Source: a virus (taxonomy: Duplodnaviria > Caudoviricetes). Taken from it: a DNA stretch of 33,766 nt. Below are positions 1 to 10,291 of the stretch, piece by piece; the stretch's first letter is position 1; each line of letters starts with the position of its first letter. The notes under the pieces are model-generated. The model did not search any database and was not told the DNA's origin. It saw only the letters and a list, made by a program, of their open reading frames with translations. The stretch spans positions 1 through 33,766 of IMG/VR virus record IMGVR_UViG_3300046806_000035; one strand, 5' to 3'. A program made the translations under genes and the position numbers.

Positions 1-90
1 CTATCGAACCCACCTTGAACGCTTTCTCAAAATTTTTTTATATGAAAATACGCTGTCGCACTCCCTATCGCAGCCCTAAAATAAAAAGTT

Positions 91-119
91 TGGACAATAT
101 CGCACAAATTAGCTAAGCT
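91..119 (+). promoter_or_regulatory. sigma70-type promoter, probably leaderless transcript
   Basis: TGGACA (91-96), 17 nt spacer, TAAGCT (114-119). ATG at 125 follows 5 nt later with no SD. Shares TTTGGACA-N12-TTAGCTAA with the element at 22707-22734. Confidence 0.6.
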
Positions 120-124
120 TAGTC

Positions 125-488
125 ATGTTAAGTTCAAGAATTGAGATCATTGAGACCGCTCTCGCCGCTATCGCAACAGTTGGTCCAGGGTTCATAGATC
201 AGGTGAGTGATTTCCCAGCTGTCGCTTTGTTGCGCCCCAGCGTCGAACGTGCATACATCGGTAAACGAGTTACAGTCGATTCGTTTAGTTTTGTAGTTCG
301 TGGATACGTACTAACGGATGAAGAAAGCATTAGCGCAAGTGAAGCGCTCGCTAGGTCAATAGAACAGTGCATCCAGAGTTTAGATAGTCCGTTGATATAT
401 AGTGCACGTGTATTGAGTGTCGAGACTGATGAAGGATTGCTATCGCCGTATGGCATGTGTGATATAGTCTGTGAGGTTGATTGGATAA

Positions 489-496
<8 letters not shown>
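125..496 (+). CDS. tail terminator (T5 p142-like) paralog A
   Basis: Aligns by eye with 29721-30176: FIDQVSDFP vs FLDEVNDFP, VVRGYV vs IIRAYV, TDEGLLSPYG vs ADEGLAFPYG. Confidence 0.75.
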
Positions 497-2562
<2,066 letters not shown>

Positions 2563-2572
2563 TGGAAATACA

Positions 2573-3025
2573 ATGACTAAAGAAATAAACATAATTTCAC
2601 CTAGTACAACTGTTGAGGCACTGAACCGTACTCTTGAGGCTCCTCCACTAGACCCGGTGTTATTAAGTATTGCTAATGACTATTTGGCTGGTAAAAGCAT
2701 TGACGTCATCTCAGACGAATATGGTATACCAGCAGACCGCGTAACAGCAGTGATTGAAAAGCGCGAAGTAAAAAGCTATATTGATAACGTGTACGCTACT
2801 CAAGGTTATTTAAACCGTGGTAAGCGTATTGCACTTATCAACGCTGTTATCGACCAAAAGCTGCAAGAAGCTCTTGAAACTGGTATATATTCCAAGAAAG
2901 ACCTTCTTGACTGGATGAAACATTTGGCTGATATTGAAACAACGCTAAAGCCACAGCAAAAAGGTCCAGCTGTAGCAGTTCAGATTAACAACTATGATAG
3001 ACTAATGAAAGATTTGCTTGAATAA
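2573..3025 (+). CDS. terS: terminase small subunit, T5-like
   Basis: HTH-like N-half, then EVKSYIDNVY..GYLNR..IDQKLQEALETG..SKKDLLD, and C-terminal VQINNYDRLM, matching the T5 TerS pattern. ATG at 2573 preferred over GTG at 2531, which overlaps the upstream gene. Confidence 0.75.
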   Translation: MTKEINIISPSTTVEALNRTLEAPPLDPVLLSIANDYLAGKSIDVISDEYGIPADRVTAVIEKREVKSYIDNVYATQGYLNRGKRIALINAVIDQKLQEALETGIYSKKDLLDWMKHLADIETTLKPQQKGPAVAVQINNYDRLMKDLLE

Positions 3026-4386
3026 TGACTCAGCTTCAACTACAGCGTAATTCAGAGATATTTTATAGTAGCGTAGATTTATTAAACTCTGCGCCTAGCG
3101 CTATGACTCCGTCTAATACCTGGAAGCTTGACATACTTTCTGGCTTTGCTGTAAGTGCTGATAGTGCTACAAAGCAAATAAGTCATAATCAGCACGGCAA
3201 TACAATAGACCGTAGTAACTATAGCTTTACCGTAGCTCGTAATCCTGTAGATTGGAATTTTAGCGTATATCTTCGCACTACTGGTGTAGAGCGCGGAGCC
3301 GCTCCTGGTGGTACATCTTTATACAGTACTGCTAGTGGTAATGCTAAACCTACTGCTGATTGGTATATGTGGCAAGCGTTAGTTTCTAATACAGCACCTG
3401 CTTCCGTTAGAGAACAGTCTGTATGGCGTAGCCAAGGACAACTTACTACTGCTCCTTATACTAGCGGGATTGGTACTCACGCTTCTCGTTCGAGTTCAGC
3501 AGCACGCCCAGAAGGTATGCTGTACGTTAAGCTAGATAACATTGTATACGCAGTATCAAACGCTATTGTAGATAGTGCTACCCTAACTGCCGGTATTGAA
3601 GAAATTGTAACAGTTGAGTGGACAGGCAAAGGTTCTAAGATTGAAGAGCTAATTGGCATCTACAGAGACCGTGCTATCAGTGTTTTTGGCGGAACTCTAA
3701 ATAACGGTAGCAGGATATCAGCTAACGCAAATGCAGCTGCGTTGTCTCGTGCCGCTAGCTATCATCCATACAACTTAATGAACGTCGCTGGTGTAGTAAG
3801 CAGTGTTCCTTATATTAAAAATAGACTCAGTGCAATCGAGCTAAGTCATACACTTGACGATACAAGTTTGGGCGGCACTAGTGAAGCACAAACTACAAAT
3901 ACTTTTGTATTTCCAGTTACAGCTTTTTCGTTAGAATATAAAAATAACATTGATTACATAATTCGTGACCAGCTAGGTAGCGTAAACAACGTATCTACAG
4001 GCTACAGTACTAGTAGAAGCATTAGTGGCTCGCTTAGTATGTACCTACGTAGTGGAGCTAATAGCTCGACTCAGTTTTTACGAGAAATAGCATCTAGCGA
4101 AGAACTAACAACAGCACCTCGTGCTAATGCTAGAATATATATTGGCGGCAGAACAGCTCCTTATATGTCTGCATTTATGCCAGCAGTGCATTTTACTTAC
4201 CCAGTTATATCTACAGAAGATATAATTAATTTATCAACTAATTTTACAGCTCAAGAAAGCTATCCACGTGCTTCTGACGAGTTAACACTAGTCGCTACTC
4301 GATATGGCGAATCTACTAGTGCTTTTGCTCTTGGAGTATGGGCTGATAGCGGCTTCTGGAGCGATGCAGCAGTTTGGAGTGATTAA
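3025..4386 (+). CDS. second tail tube protein paralog with C-terminal 3x W-x-D extension
   Basis: Colinear with 30189-31460: LQRNSEIFYSSVDL/LQRNSEVFFSTVDL, KPTADWYMWQALVSNT/KPTADWFMWQSLVSNT, SYHPYNLMNVAG/SYHPYNQMNVAG. Ends WADSGFWSDAAVWSD. Confidence 0.85.
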   Translation: MTQLQLQRNSEIFYSSVDLLNSAPSAMTPSNTWKLDILSGFAVSADSATKQISHNQHGNTIDRSNYSFTVARNPVDWNFSVYLRTTGVERGAAPGGTSLYSTASGNAKPTADWYMWQALVSNTAPASVREQSVWRSQGQLTTAPYTSGIGTHASRSSSAARPEGMLYVKLDNIVYAVSNAIVDSATLTAGIEEIVTVEWTGKGSKIEELIGIYRDRAISVFGGTLNNGSRISANANAAALSRAASYHPYNLMNVAGVVSSVPYIKNRLSAIELSHTLDDTSLGGTSEAQTTNTFVFPVTAFSLEYKNNIDYIIRDQLGSVNNVSTGYSTSRSISGSLSMYLRSGANSSTQFLREIASSEELTTAPRANARIYIGGRTAPYMSAFMPAVHFTYPVISTEDIINLSTNFTAQESYPRASDELTLVATRYGESTSAFALGVWADSGFWSDAAVWSD

Positions 4387-4388
4387 GA

Positions 4389-7300
4389 ATGGCAACATTT
4401 AACAACGGCGAAGCAGGCTTAAGTGTCCGCACAAAACTAAATAACGTATTGCAACATGCGGACGGAACGACTGGCACACTAACGTTCAATGATGCTGGTG
4501 CAGACGTAGACATACGCATTGAAGGTGTTGGCCAGACTCACGCATTCTTTCTAGATGCTGGAACTAGCAACATCGGCATTGGTACATCTACTGCAAGTTC
4601 TAAACTAACTGTAGGAGGTGATATTACTAGTAGTGGTGTTACAACTGCCGTTGCAATGCGTGATAACACTAATCGTCGTATAACTTCTCCTGGTGGTGGT
4701 TCATATAGTCCTGGTCTTGCTACCGGTACCGGTGCTATCGCAGTTACTCTACCAGTAGGCTACACTAACCACATGGTTAAGATTACTCTGAGTGTATATG
4801 AATATGCTATACAAGAATCTTTTGATGTTATAGTTAGCGGTTATAATTATAGCGTTGGGTCGCAGTGGTTAAATTGTAGTGCTGCTATTATTAGCAACAA
4901 CTCTACTGATCGTGATTACACCGTTCGTTTTGGATTCAACGCTACAAGCTCTAAGTGTATTATTTATATTGGTGAACTAGCTTCTACTTGGAGCTACCCG
5001 CAAGTACATATTAAAGATATTCAAGTAGCTCACACATCTACTGGTCTAGATGCGTGGGATGATGGTTGGTCTATCGGTCTGGAAGCTAGTGCTTTCCAAA
5101 ACGTTACTTCTACCTTAACTAACAACCGTGTAGGCGCTAGATTAATCGGTACTGGGCAGACTACTGCTGCCCTAACCGATGCTGGTGCTCGTAGTGATTT
5201 ACTTCGTCTATCTTCTGTAGGTACTGCAGCTGGAACAGGCGGTGGTATAATCTTTACAAGCTCTCAAGGAGATAGCGCAAACTCTGTTGGCATGGCTGCT
5301 ATTAAGAGTTTACTACAAGATGGATCTAGCAATACTCGTGGTGATTTAGCCTTTAGCACTCGTAACTCCGCAACAGATACTAACTTAACAGAACGTATGC
5401 GTATTACTTATGGCGGTAACCTAGGTATTGGTACTACAACTCCTGCGAACATAGGTGCTGGGTATAAAGCATTAACTATTAACGATACTACTGCAGGTGT
5501 GCTAGAGCTACAAGCTGGCGGTGTTAGTCAGTTTAGATTATTTGGTAATGCTTCGGAGAATAGACTTGGCGGATTAACTGCAGTACCAGTAACAATACAT
5601 ACAAACAGCGCTGAACGCATGCGGATCGACGCCTCCGGTAATGTTGGGCTGGGCATCACAAATCCCGCCTACAAGCTGGTCGTGTCGGCTGGTGGCGCAA
5701 GCGGCATTGAATTTGGCCCTGCTTATTCTGGTTCTGCAAACCTTGTCCAGCATTACAACCGCTCCGGGGGTGTCTATGTGGACGCAGTTAATGACGCAGC
5801 GCAGCATAGGTTTAGTACGGTTGGAACCGAACGTATGCGTATCGACACAAGTGGTAATCTAGGTATCTCCGTAACACCTCCTGCTAATACCACATATCCT
5901 GGTATATTCTTTCCACAGTCAGGTATATTTGATTACCAAGGAGATGGTTGGTTATTTTATAACGCTTACACAACAGGTGTAGGAGCGCTTAAGTATAGAG
6001 CTACTGGTCTTCAAGTAGCAGCTTATAGTTTTGGTCAAGCCGGAACACATACTTGGCATAGCGCTCCTAGTGGTACAGCAAACGGTGCTATAACACTTAC
6101 ACAGCGTATGATTTTAGATAATGCCGGGCAACTTGGCATAGGTACTAATAGCCCTAATGGTAAACTTCATGTAAATGCAAATGGTGGAACAGCGATATTA
6201 GAAGGTACAGACCATTCTTACTTATCTTTCTATCCTAGAACTTATGCTACTGGTAGAAAAGCTTATGCAGGTTTTGCCAGTACTTCTATTACTAATTTTA
6301 GCATAGTTAATGAAGATACTGGTAGTATACTTTTAGGTACTAACGGCTCAACTTCTAATTTTATAATAAGTCCTCTTGGTAATATAGGTATAAATAACAC
6401 ACCTAGAACCTGGGGTAGCACATTTAAAGCTATATCAATAAATGGTGCAGGATCTCACATAGCTTCTAACGGGAGCAACCGTATTGAGCTAGGTACTAAT
6501 TCTTATTTAGATACTGACAACACCACACGTAGGTATGATGTAACACAGGCTGCTACAACATACATGCAAGCTACAGGAGAGCATCAGTGGTATACTGCTC
6601 CTAGCGGCACAGCCGGTGCAGCAATAACATTTACACAAGTAATGACTCTAGATAATACTGGAGAACTTGGTATAGGAACTACATCTCCACAAGCTAAATT
6701 AGACGTACGCGGTGCCGCTCTGGGCGGCACGGCTACTAACAGTAGTTTAATAACACATTTTGCTGCTCCAGACGCTAACTTAAGCCAACTGCGCGTACTA
6801 AACTATAGACATACTACAGGTACAGACCATACAACTGGTGAAATGCGTTTACAAAAACGCGTTGACGCTACTGATTTTGGTTATATCGGTTTTAGACACA
6901 ATGCTATTACTTTTGGTACTACTGCAGAACAACTTCGTATTGATAGCACTGGCAACGTGGGAATCGGCACGGCAAGCCCCGTGGCAAAGTTGTCCGTCGC
7001 AACCACGTCAAGTGACGGGAACGTCACCGCTTGGGGGACTGGGCAGTTCTTGGTGTCCCCTGCCGGAGGGTCAACGTCGCTTGGTCTTGCCATCTCGGTA
7101 AACACGGTGAACGATACCACCAACATATCGTCTCTCTCCCCTAACGTCGCTTGGCGCGATTTGAATTACCGTGCCTTGAGCCACATCTTCTATAGTGGTG
7201 GCTCCGAGCGCATGCGCCTAGACGCATCCGGTAACTTAGGACTCGGGGTGACACCGGGCACGTGGGGAAGCTCCTACCGCGCGGCAGAGGTTAGAACTAG

Positions 7301-8972
7301 TGCCGTCTATGATGAGCTTGGTACTCTTGGCGGATTGGCGTTCAATTCTAGATATAATGGCACGAACTGGGTTTACAAAGGCACTGGCGGCAATGCGACA
7401 GCTATGCGATATGAGCAAATTACAGGCGAACACCGTTGGTATAACGCACCCTCCGGTATTGCAGGTAACGCAATAACCTTCACGCAGGCGATGACACTGA
7501 CTGCATCTGGAGAACTACTAGTAGGGACTGCATCTGGTGATGGCCGTCTGACCGTTAAATCGGCGTCCGAGCAGTCTTACGGAAGCCTTGACACAACCAG
7601 CGCGGACTCGGGTTACTTGGCCTTAAAGGCGCAGGGGTCGATATACGGCTATCTGGGTCAGGCTTCGACGCTTGCCTTTGGCGGCGCAGGCACCGATACG
7701 GCTCTTAGCTCTTTAGCAAACCTTGTGTTAGTAACGGACGGGTTAGAGCGTGTCCGTATTGATAGCGTAGGTAGAGTAGGCATAGGTGGAACTGCTAACG
7801 CTTCATCAATCCTTGATGTACAGTCTACTACTAGGGGGTTCTTACCTCCGCGTATGACTACTACCCAACGTAATGCGATTTCATCGCCTGCTGCGGGACT
7901 TGTAATCTACAACACTACAACTTCTCGTGAAGAAGGGTATGATGGTACAGCCTGGATTCCTAAAATCCCGCTTGATATAGAAGAAGATCGTATTATTAAT
8001 GGTGCATTTGATGTTTGGCAGCGCGGTACTAGCTTTACTACTACTACCTATGGTGCAGATCGCTGGGCTAATGTCAATGGTGGCGGAACTGTTACTACCA
8101 CACGTCAGTCTTTTACGCTAGGAGATATGCTAGGTATGAATAATCCTACATTTTTCTTACGTCAAAGCATTAGTGGTCAAACTCTTGCATCTCAATATGC
8201 TCAAGTTTACCAATACGTAGAAGGTGTACGTAGTTACGCTGGTCAGACGATTACTATCCTAGGCTGGGCAAAGCGAGCAACTGCGGGCAATATTGTAATT
8301 AACTGGGATCAGTTTTTTGGCACAGGCGGAACTCCTTCTACAGCTACCACGGGATCACCACAAACACTTGCGCTAACAACTTCTTGGACACCTTTTGCTG
8401 CTACTTTCACAATTCCATCTGTTACAGGTAAGACTCTGGGTACTAGCAACACAGATGGTTTACGTATAGTGTTCTGGAACTCCGCTGGAAGTGATTTTAA
8501 TGCTGCTACTAACTCTCTTGGTCTCCAAACTACTGACGTCGACTTCTGGGGTATACATATTCGTGAAGGAGTTTGGACTACGGCTGATGCGTTGTTATAT
8601 CGTCAAAAATCGTTAGTTTCTGAAGTTGCTAAGTGTTATCGGTATTACTATAGAGTAACAACAACTGGTATACAACAAGTGCTTGCGGCTGGATACAACA
8701 CTTCTACTACAGTTAGTCGTTTCATTATGCACTTCCCTGTTCCTATGAGAGCGGCGCCAGCTTTATTAGAACAAAGTGGTACTGCTGGCAACTATGGTGT
8801 TTTTAACGCTGCTACAATTACTACTTGTACTGGTGTTCCTACATACCAAACTTCTTCTCAATTTAGTGGACAAATCACTACAACAACTGGTGCAACTCTA
8901 GTTGCTGGTCAAGGATCCATATTAGGATCTCTTACGGCAGGTGCTTATCTAGCGTGGACGGCTGAGATTTAA
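4389..8972 (+). CDS. long modular tail fibre, 1527 aa
   Basis: About 11 modules bounded by ERMRID.SGN(V/L)GIG-like repeats, a GFLPPRMTTTQRNAI motif, and a C-terminal carbohydrate-binding-like domain (IINGAFDVWQRG...KCYRYY). Confidence 0.85.
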   Translation: MATFNNGEAGLSVRTKLNNVLQHADGTTGTLTFNDAGADVDIRIEGVGQTHAFFLDAGTSNIGIGTSTASSKLTVGGDITSSGVTTAVAMRDNTNRRITSPGGGSYSPGLATGTGAIAVTLPVGYTNHMVKITLSVYEYAIQESFDVIVSGYNYSVGSQWLNCSAAIISNNSTDRDYTVRFGFNATSSKCIIYIGELASTWSYPQVHIKDIQVAHTSTGLDAWDDGWSIGLEASAFQNVTSTLTNNRVGARLIGTGQTTAALTDAGARSDLLRLSSVGTAAGTGGGIIFTSSQGDSANSVGMAAIKSLLQDGSSNTRGDLAFSTRNSATDTNLTERMRITYGGNLGIGTTTPANIGAGYKALTINDTTAGVLELQAGGVSQFRLFGNASENRLGGLTAVPVTIHTNSAERMRIDASGNVGLGITNPAYKLVVSAGGASGIEFGPAYSGSANLVQHYNRSGGVYVDAVNDAAQHRFSTVGTERMRIDTSGNLGISVTPPANTTYPGIFFPQSGIFDYQGDGWLFYNAYTTGVGALKYRATGLQVAAYSFGQAGTHTWHSAPSGTANGAITLTQRMILDNAGQLGIGTNSPNGKLHVNANGGTAILEGTDHSYLSFYPRTYATGRKAYAGFASTSITNFSIVNEDTGSILLGTNGSTSNFIISPLGNIGINNTPRTWGSTFKAISINGAGSHIASNGSNRIELGTNSYLDTDNTTRRYDVTQAATTYMQATGEHQWYTAPSGTAGAAITFTQVMTLDNTGELGIGTTSPQAKLDVRGAALGGTATNSSLITHFAAPDANLSQLRVLNYRHTTGTDHTTGEMRLQKRVDATDFGYIGFRHNAITFGTTAEQLRIDSTGNVGIGTASPVAKLSVATTSSDGNVTAWGTGQFLVSPAGGSTSLGLAISVNTVNDTTNISSLSPNVAWRDLNYRALSHIFYSGGSERMRLDASGNLGLGVTPGTWGSSYRAAEVRTSAVYDELGTLGGLAFNSRYNGTNWVYKGTGGNATAMRYEQITGEHRWYNAPSGIAGNAITFTQAMTLTASGELLVGTASGDGRLTVKSASEQSYGSLDTTSADSGYLALKAQGSIYGYLGQASTLAFGGAGTDTALSSLANLVLVTDGLERVRIDSVGRVGIGGTANASSILDVQSTTRGFLPPRMTTTQRNAISSPAAGLVIYNTTTSREEGYDGTAWIPKIPLDIEEDRIINGAFDVWQRGTSFTTTTYGADRWANVNGGGTVTTTRQSFTLGDMLGMNNPTFFLRQSISGQTLASQYAQVYQYVEGVRSYAGQTITILGWAKRATAGNIVINWDQFFGTGGTPSTATTGSPQTLALTTSWTPFAATFTIPSVTGKTLGTSNTDGLRIVFWNSAGSDFNAATNSLGLQTTDVDFWGIHIREGVWTTADALLYRQKSLVSEVAKCYRYYYRVTTTGIQQVLAAGYNTSTTVSRFIMHFPVPMRAAPALLEQSGTAGNYGVFNAATITTCTGVPTYQTSSQFSGQITTTTGATLVAGQGSILGSLTAGAYLAWTAEI

Positions 8973-8989
8973 TATTAACGGAGTAAATT

Positions 8990-9406
8990 ATGACAACTTA
9001 TAAATATATTACCGACACAGTAGTAGCAGTCTTTGATGACGACGGAATCTCTCGTATGTCAATGCTCGCTACGTCTGTTCCAGACGGCGTGACTATAGAA
9101 CCTGCAGAGGTGCTTCCTGAGCCTGTGCCAGAGAGTATTACTTTTGCACAGCTACTAATCGGGCTAGTGATGGAGACTTGGATTACGCAGCCAGAAGGAG
9201 AAGCATGGCTCGTCGGCACTCTACCGAGTGCAGTTGAAACACTAATCGCTTCTCTACCAACTAACCAACAGTTTATAGCTCGTGCTCGTGCTACTCGACC
9301 TTCAGCAATTTATCGTGCTGACTCACTAGTAGCCGCTTTAGCTAGCGCTGAGGGAAAAACTGAGTCTGAGATTGATGACTTTTTTAGAACATATGCAACA
9401 GTATAA
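8990..9406 (+). CDS. putative tail fibre assembly/accessory protein
   Basis: GGAG SD. Directly follows the fibre gene. VPESIT...IDDFF pattern is typical of small fibre-adjacent proteins. Confidence 0.5.
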   Translation: MTTYKYITDTVVAVFDDDGISRMSMLATSVPDGVTIEPAEVLPEPVPESITFAQLLIGLVMETWITQPEGEAWLVGTLPSAVETLIASLPTNQQFIARARATRPSAIYRADSLVAALASAEGKTESEIDDFFRTYATV

Positions 9407-9434
9407 GCATTAGTACTCTGTTGTATTATTTTAA

Positions 9435-9463
9435 TTGACAATAACACACTATAGTAGTATCAT
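9435..9463 (+). promoter_or_regulatory. sigma70-type promoter with -10 box inside an 11-bp inverted repeat
   Basis: TTGACA (9435-9440), 17 nt spacer, TATCAT (9458-9463). Arms CACTATAGTAG (9447-9457) and CTACTATAGTG (9466-9476). Confidence 0.75.
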
Positions 9464-9500
9464 TGCTACTATAGTGCGTAACTATATAAAGAGGGAAAAA

Positions 9501-9707
9501 ATGGATACTAAAAACCAAACTATTACTATTAATGGTGTTGATTACACCGCAGACCAACTAAATGACGAACAAAAAATTCTAATTAACCATGTTGCAGATT
9601 TAGACGTAAAAATCAATGCGGCAGATTTTGGACTTACACAACTACGCGTAGGGCGCGAAGCTTTTATGAACATGCTTGTGGAGTCACTAAAAAATCAGCC
9701 TGAATAA
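9501..9707 (+). CDS. small coiled-coil protein (DUF6447-like), possible fibre chaperone, 68 aa
   Basis: GAGGG SD before ATG 9501; the track's TTG start at 9435 is the -35 box. ITINGVDY..DQL.DEQK followed by a heptad helix. Confidence 0.55.
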   Translation: MDTKNQTITINGVDYTADQLNDEQKILINHVADLDVKINAADFGLTQLRVGREAFMNMLVESLKNQPE

Positions 9708-9716
9708 GGAGTAGTC

Positions 9717-10058
9717 TTGAGCAAACAACCTCGCGACGATGGCAACGCTGCTATCCCAGTTCTAAGCTATCGACTACACGGTGGTCAAACTATTTCATTT
9801 GGTGCAGCAGCTATTAGAAGTAGCGCTTTTAGCATTTCTACTCGCGTAGTGTCTGTGTATAGCACTGACAATTGTTTATTTGAGCTAGGCGACGATACTG
9901 TGACCGCTAATGTTTCTAATTCACATATTCTACCTGCCGGAGTCTACATGGACTTATCGTTAGGAGCAGAGTTAGTAGCTTCTCAAAATTCCAAGTATAT
10001 TTCAGTAATCGGCTTAGATGGTAGCGAAGGAATAGTGTATATAAGTGAGCGCGAGTAA
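9717..10058 (+). CDS. small beta-sandwich virion protein, candidate fibre base
   Basis: AAGGAG SD with TTG start. All-beta pattern TRVVSVYST..C.F.LG..TA....LPAG...YISVI....G.VYISE. Confidence 0.5.
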   Translation: MSKQPRDDGNAAIPVLSYRLHGGQTISFGAAAIRSSAFSISTRVVSVYSTDNCLFELGDDTVTANVSNSHILPAGVYMDLSLGAELVASQNSKYISVIGLDGSEGIVYISERE

Positions 10059-10291
10059 TGAGCTTACTTACTAGCCTAGTCTTATCAATCACTGCTATAA
10101 ACCGCAAACTTCGCCCTGCCCCCCAACCGCAGGGCGAAGGATTTGATGTATTGCTCACTCAAAGCGAGGATGCTATAATAGCTCAAGATGGCAGATTTAT
10201 AGTTCGACAAACTGTACAGTACGAACTTCAAACACAAGATGGATTGACCCTGCTGACTCAGGATGATAGACCGCTTGTAGTAGGATTCTAA
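10058..10291 (+). CDS. 77-aa putative fibre adaptor (hydrophobic N-terminus, LxTQDG-type repeats)
   Basis: TAATG coupling at both ends. Repeats LLTQSEDA/IIAQDGRF/LQTQDGLT/LLTQDDRP. Confidence 0.6.
   Translation: MSLLTSLVLSITAINRKLRPAPQPQGEGFDVLLTQSEDAIIAQDGRFIVRQTVQYELQTQDGLTLLTQDDRPLVVGF

Noticed and set aside
1-90. Genome terminus or terminal repeat at the window start
   Set aside because: Only short AT tracts and a 6-nt repeat are visible; this cannot be judged without flanking sequence.
5641-7101. Alternate-frame + strand ORFs in the tail fibre (5641-5862, 6838-7101)
   Set aside because: They are explained by stop-codon scarcity in the GC-rich patches and have no SD or recognisable motifs.
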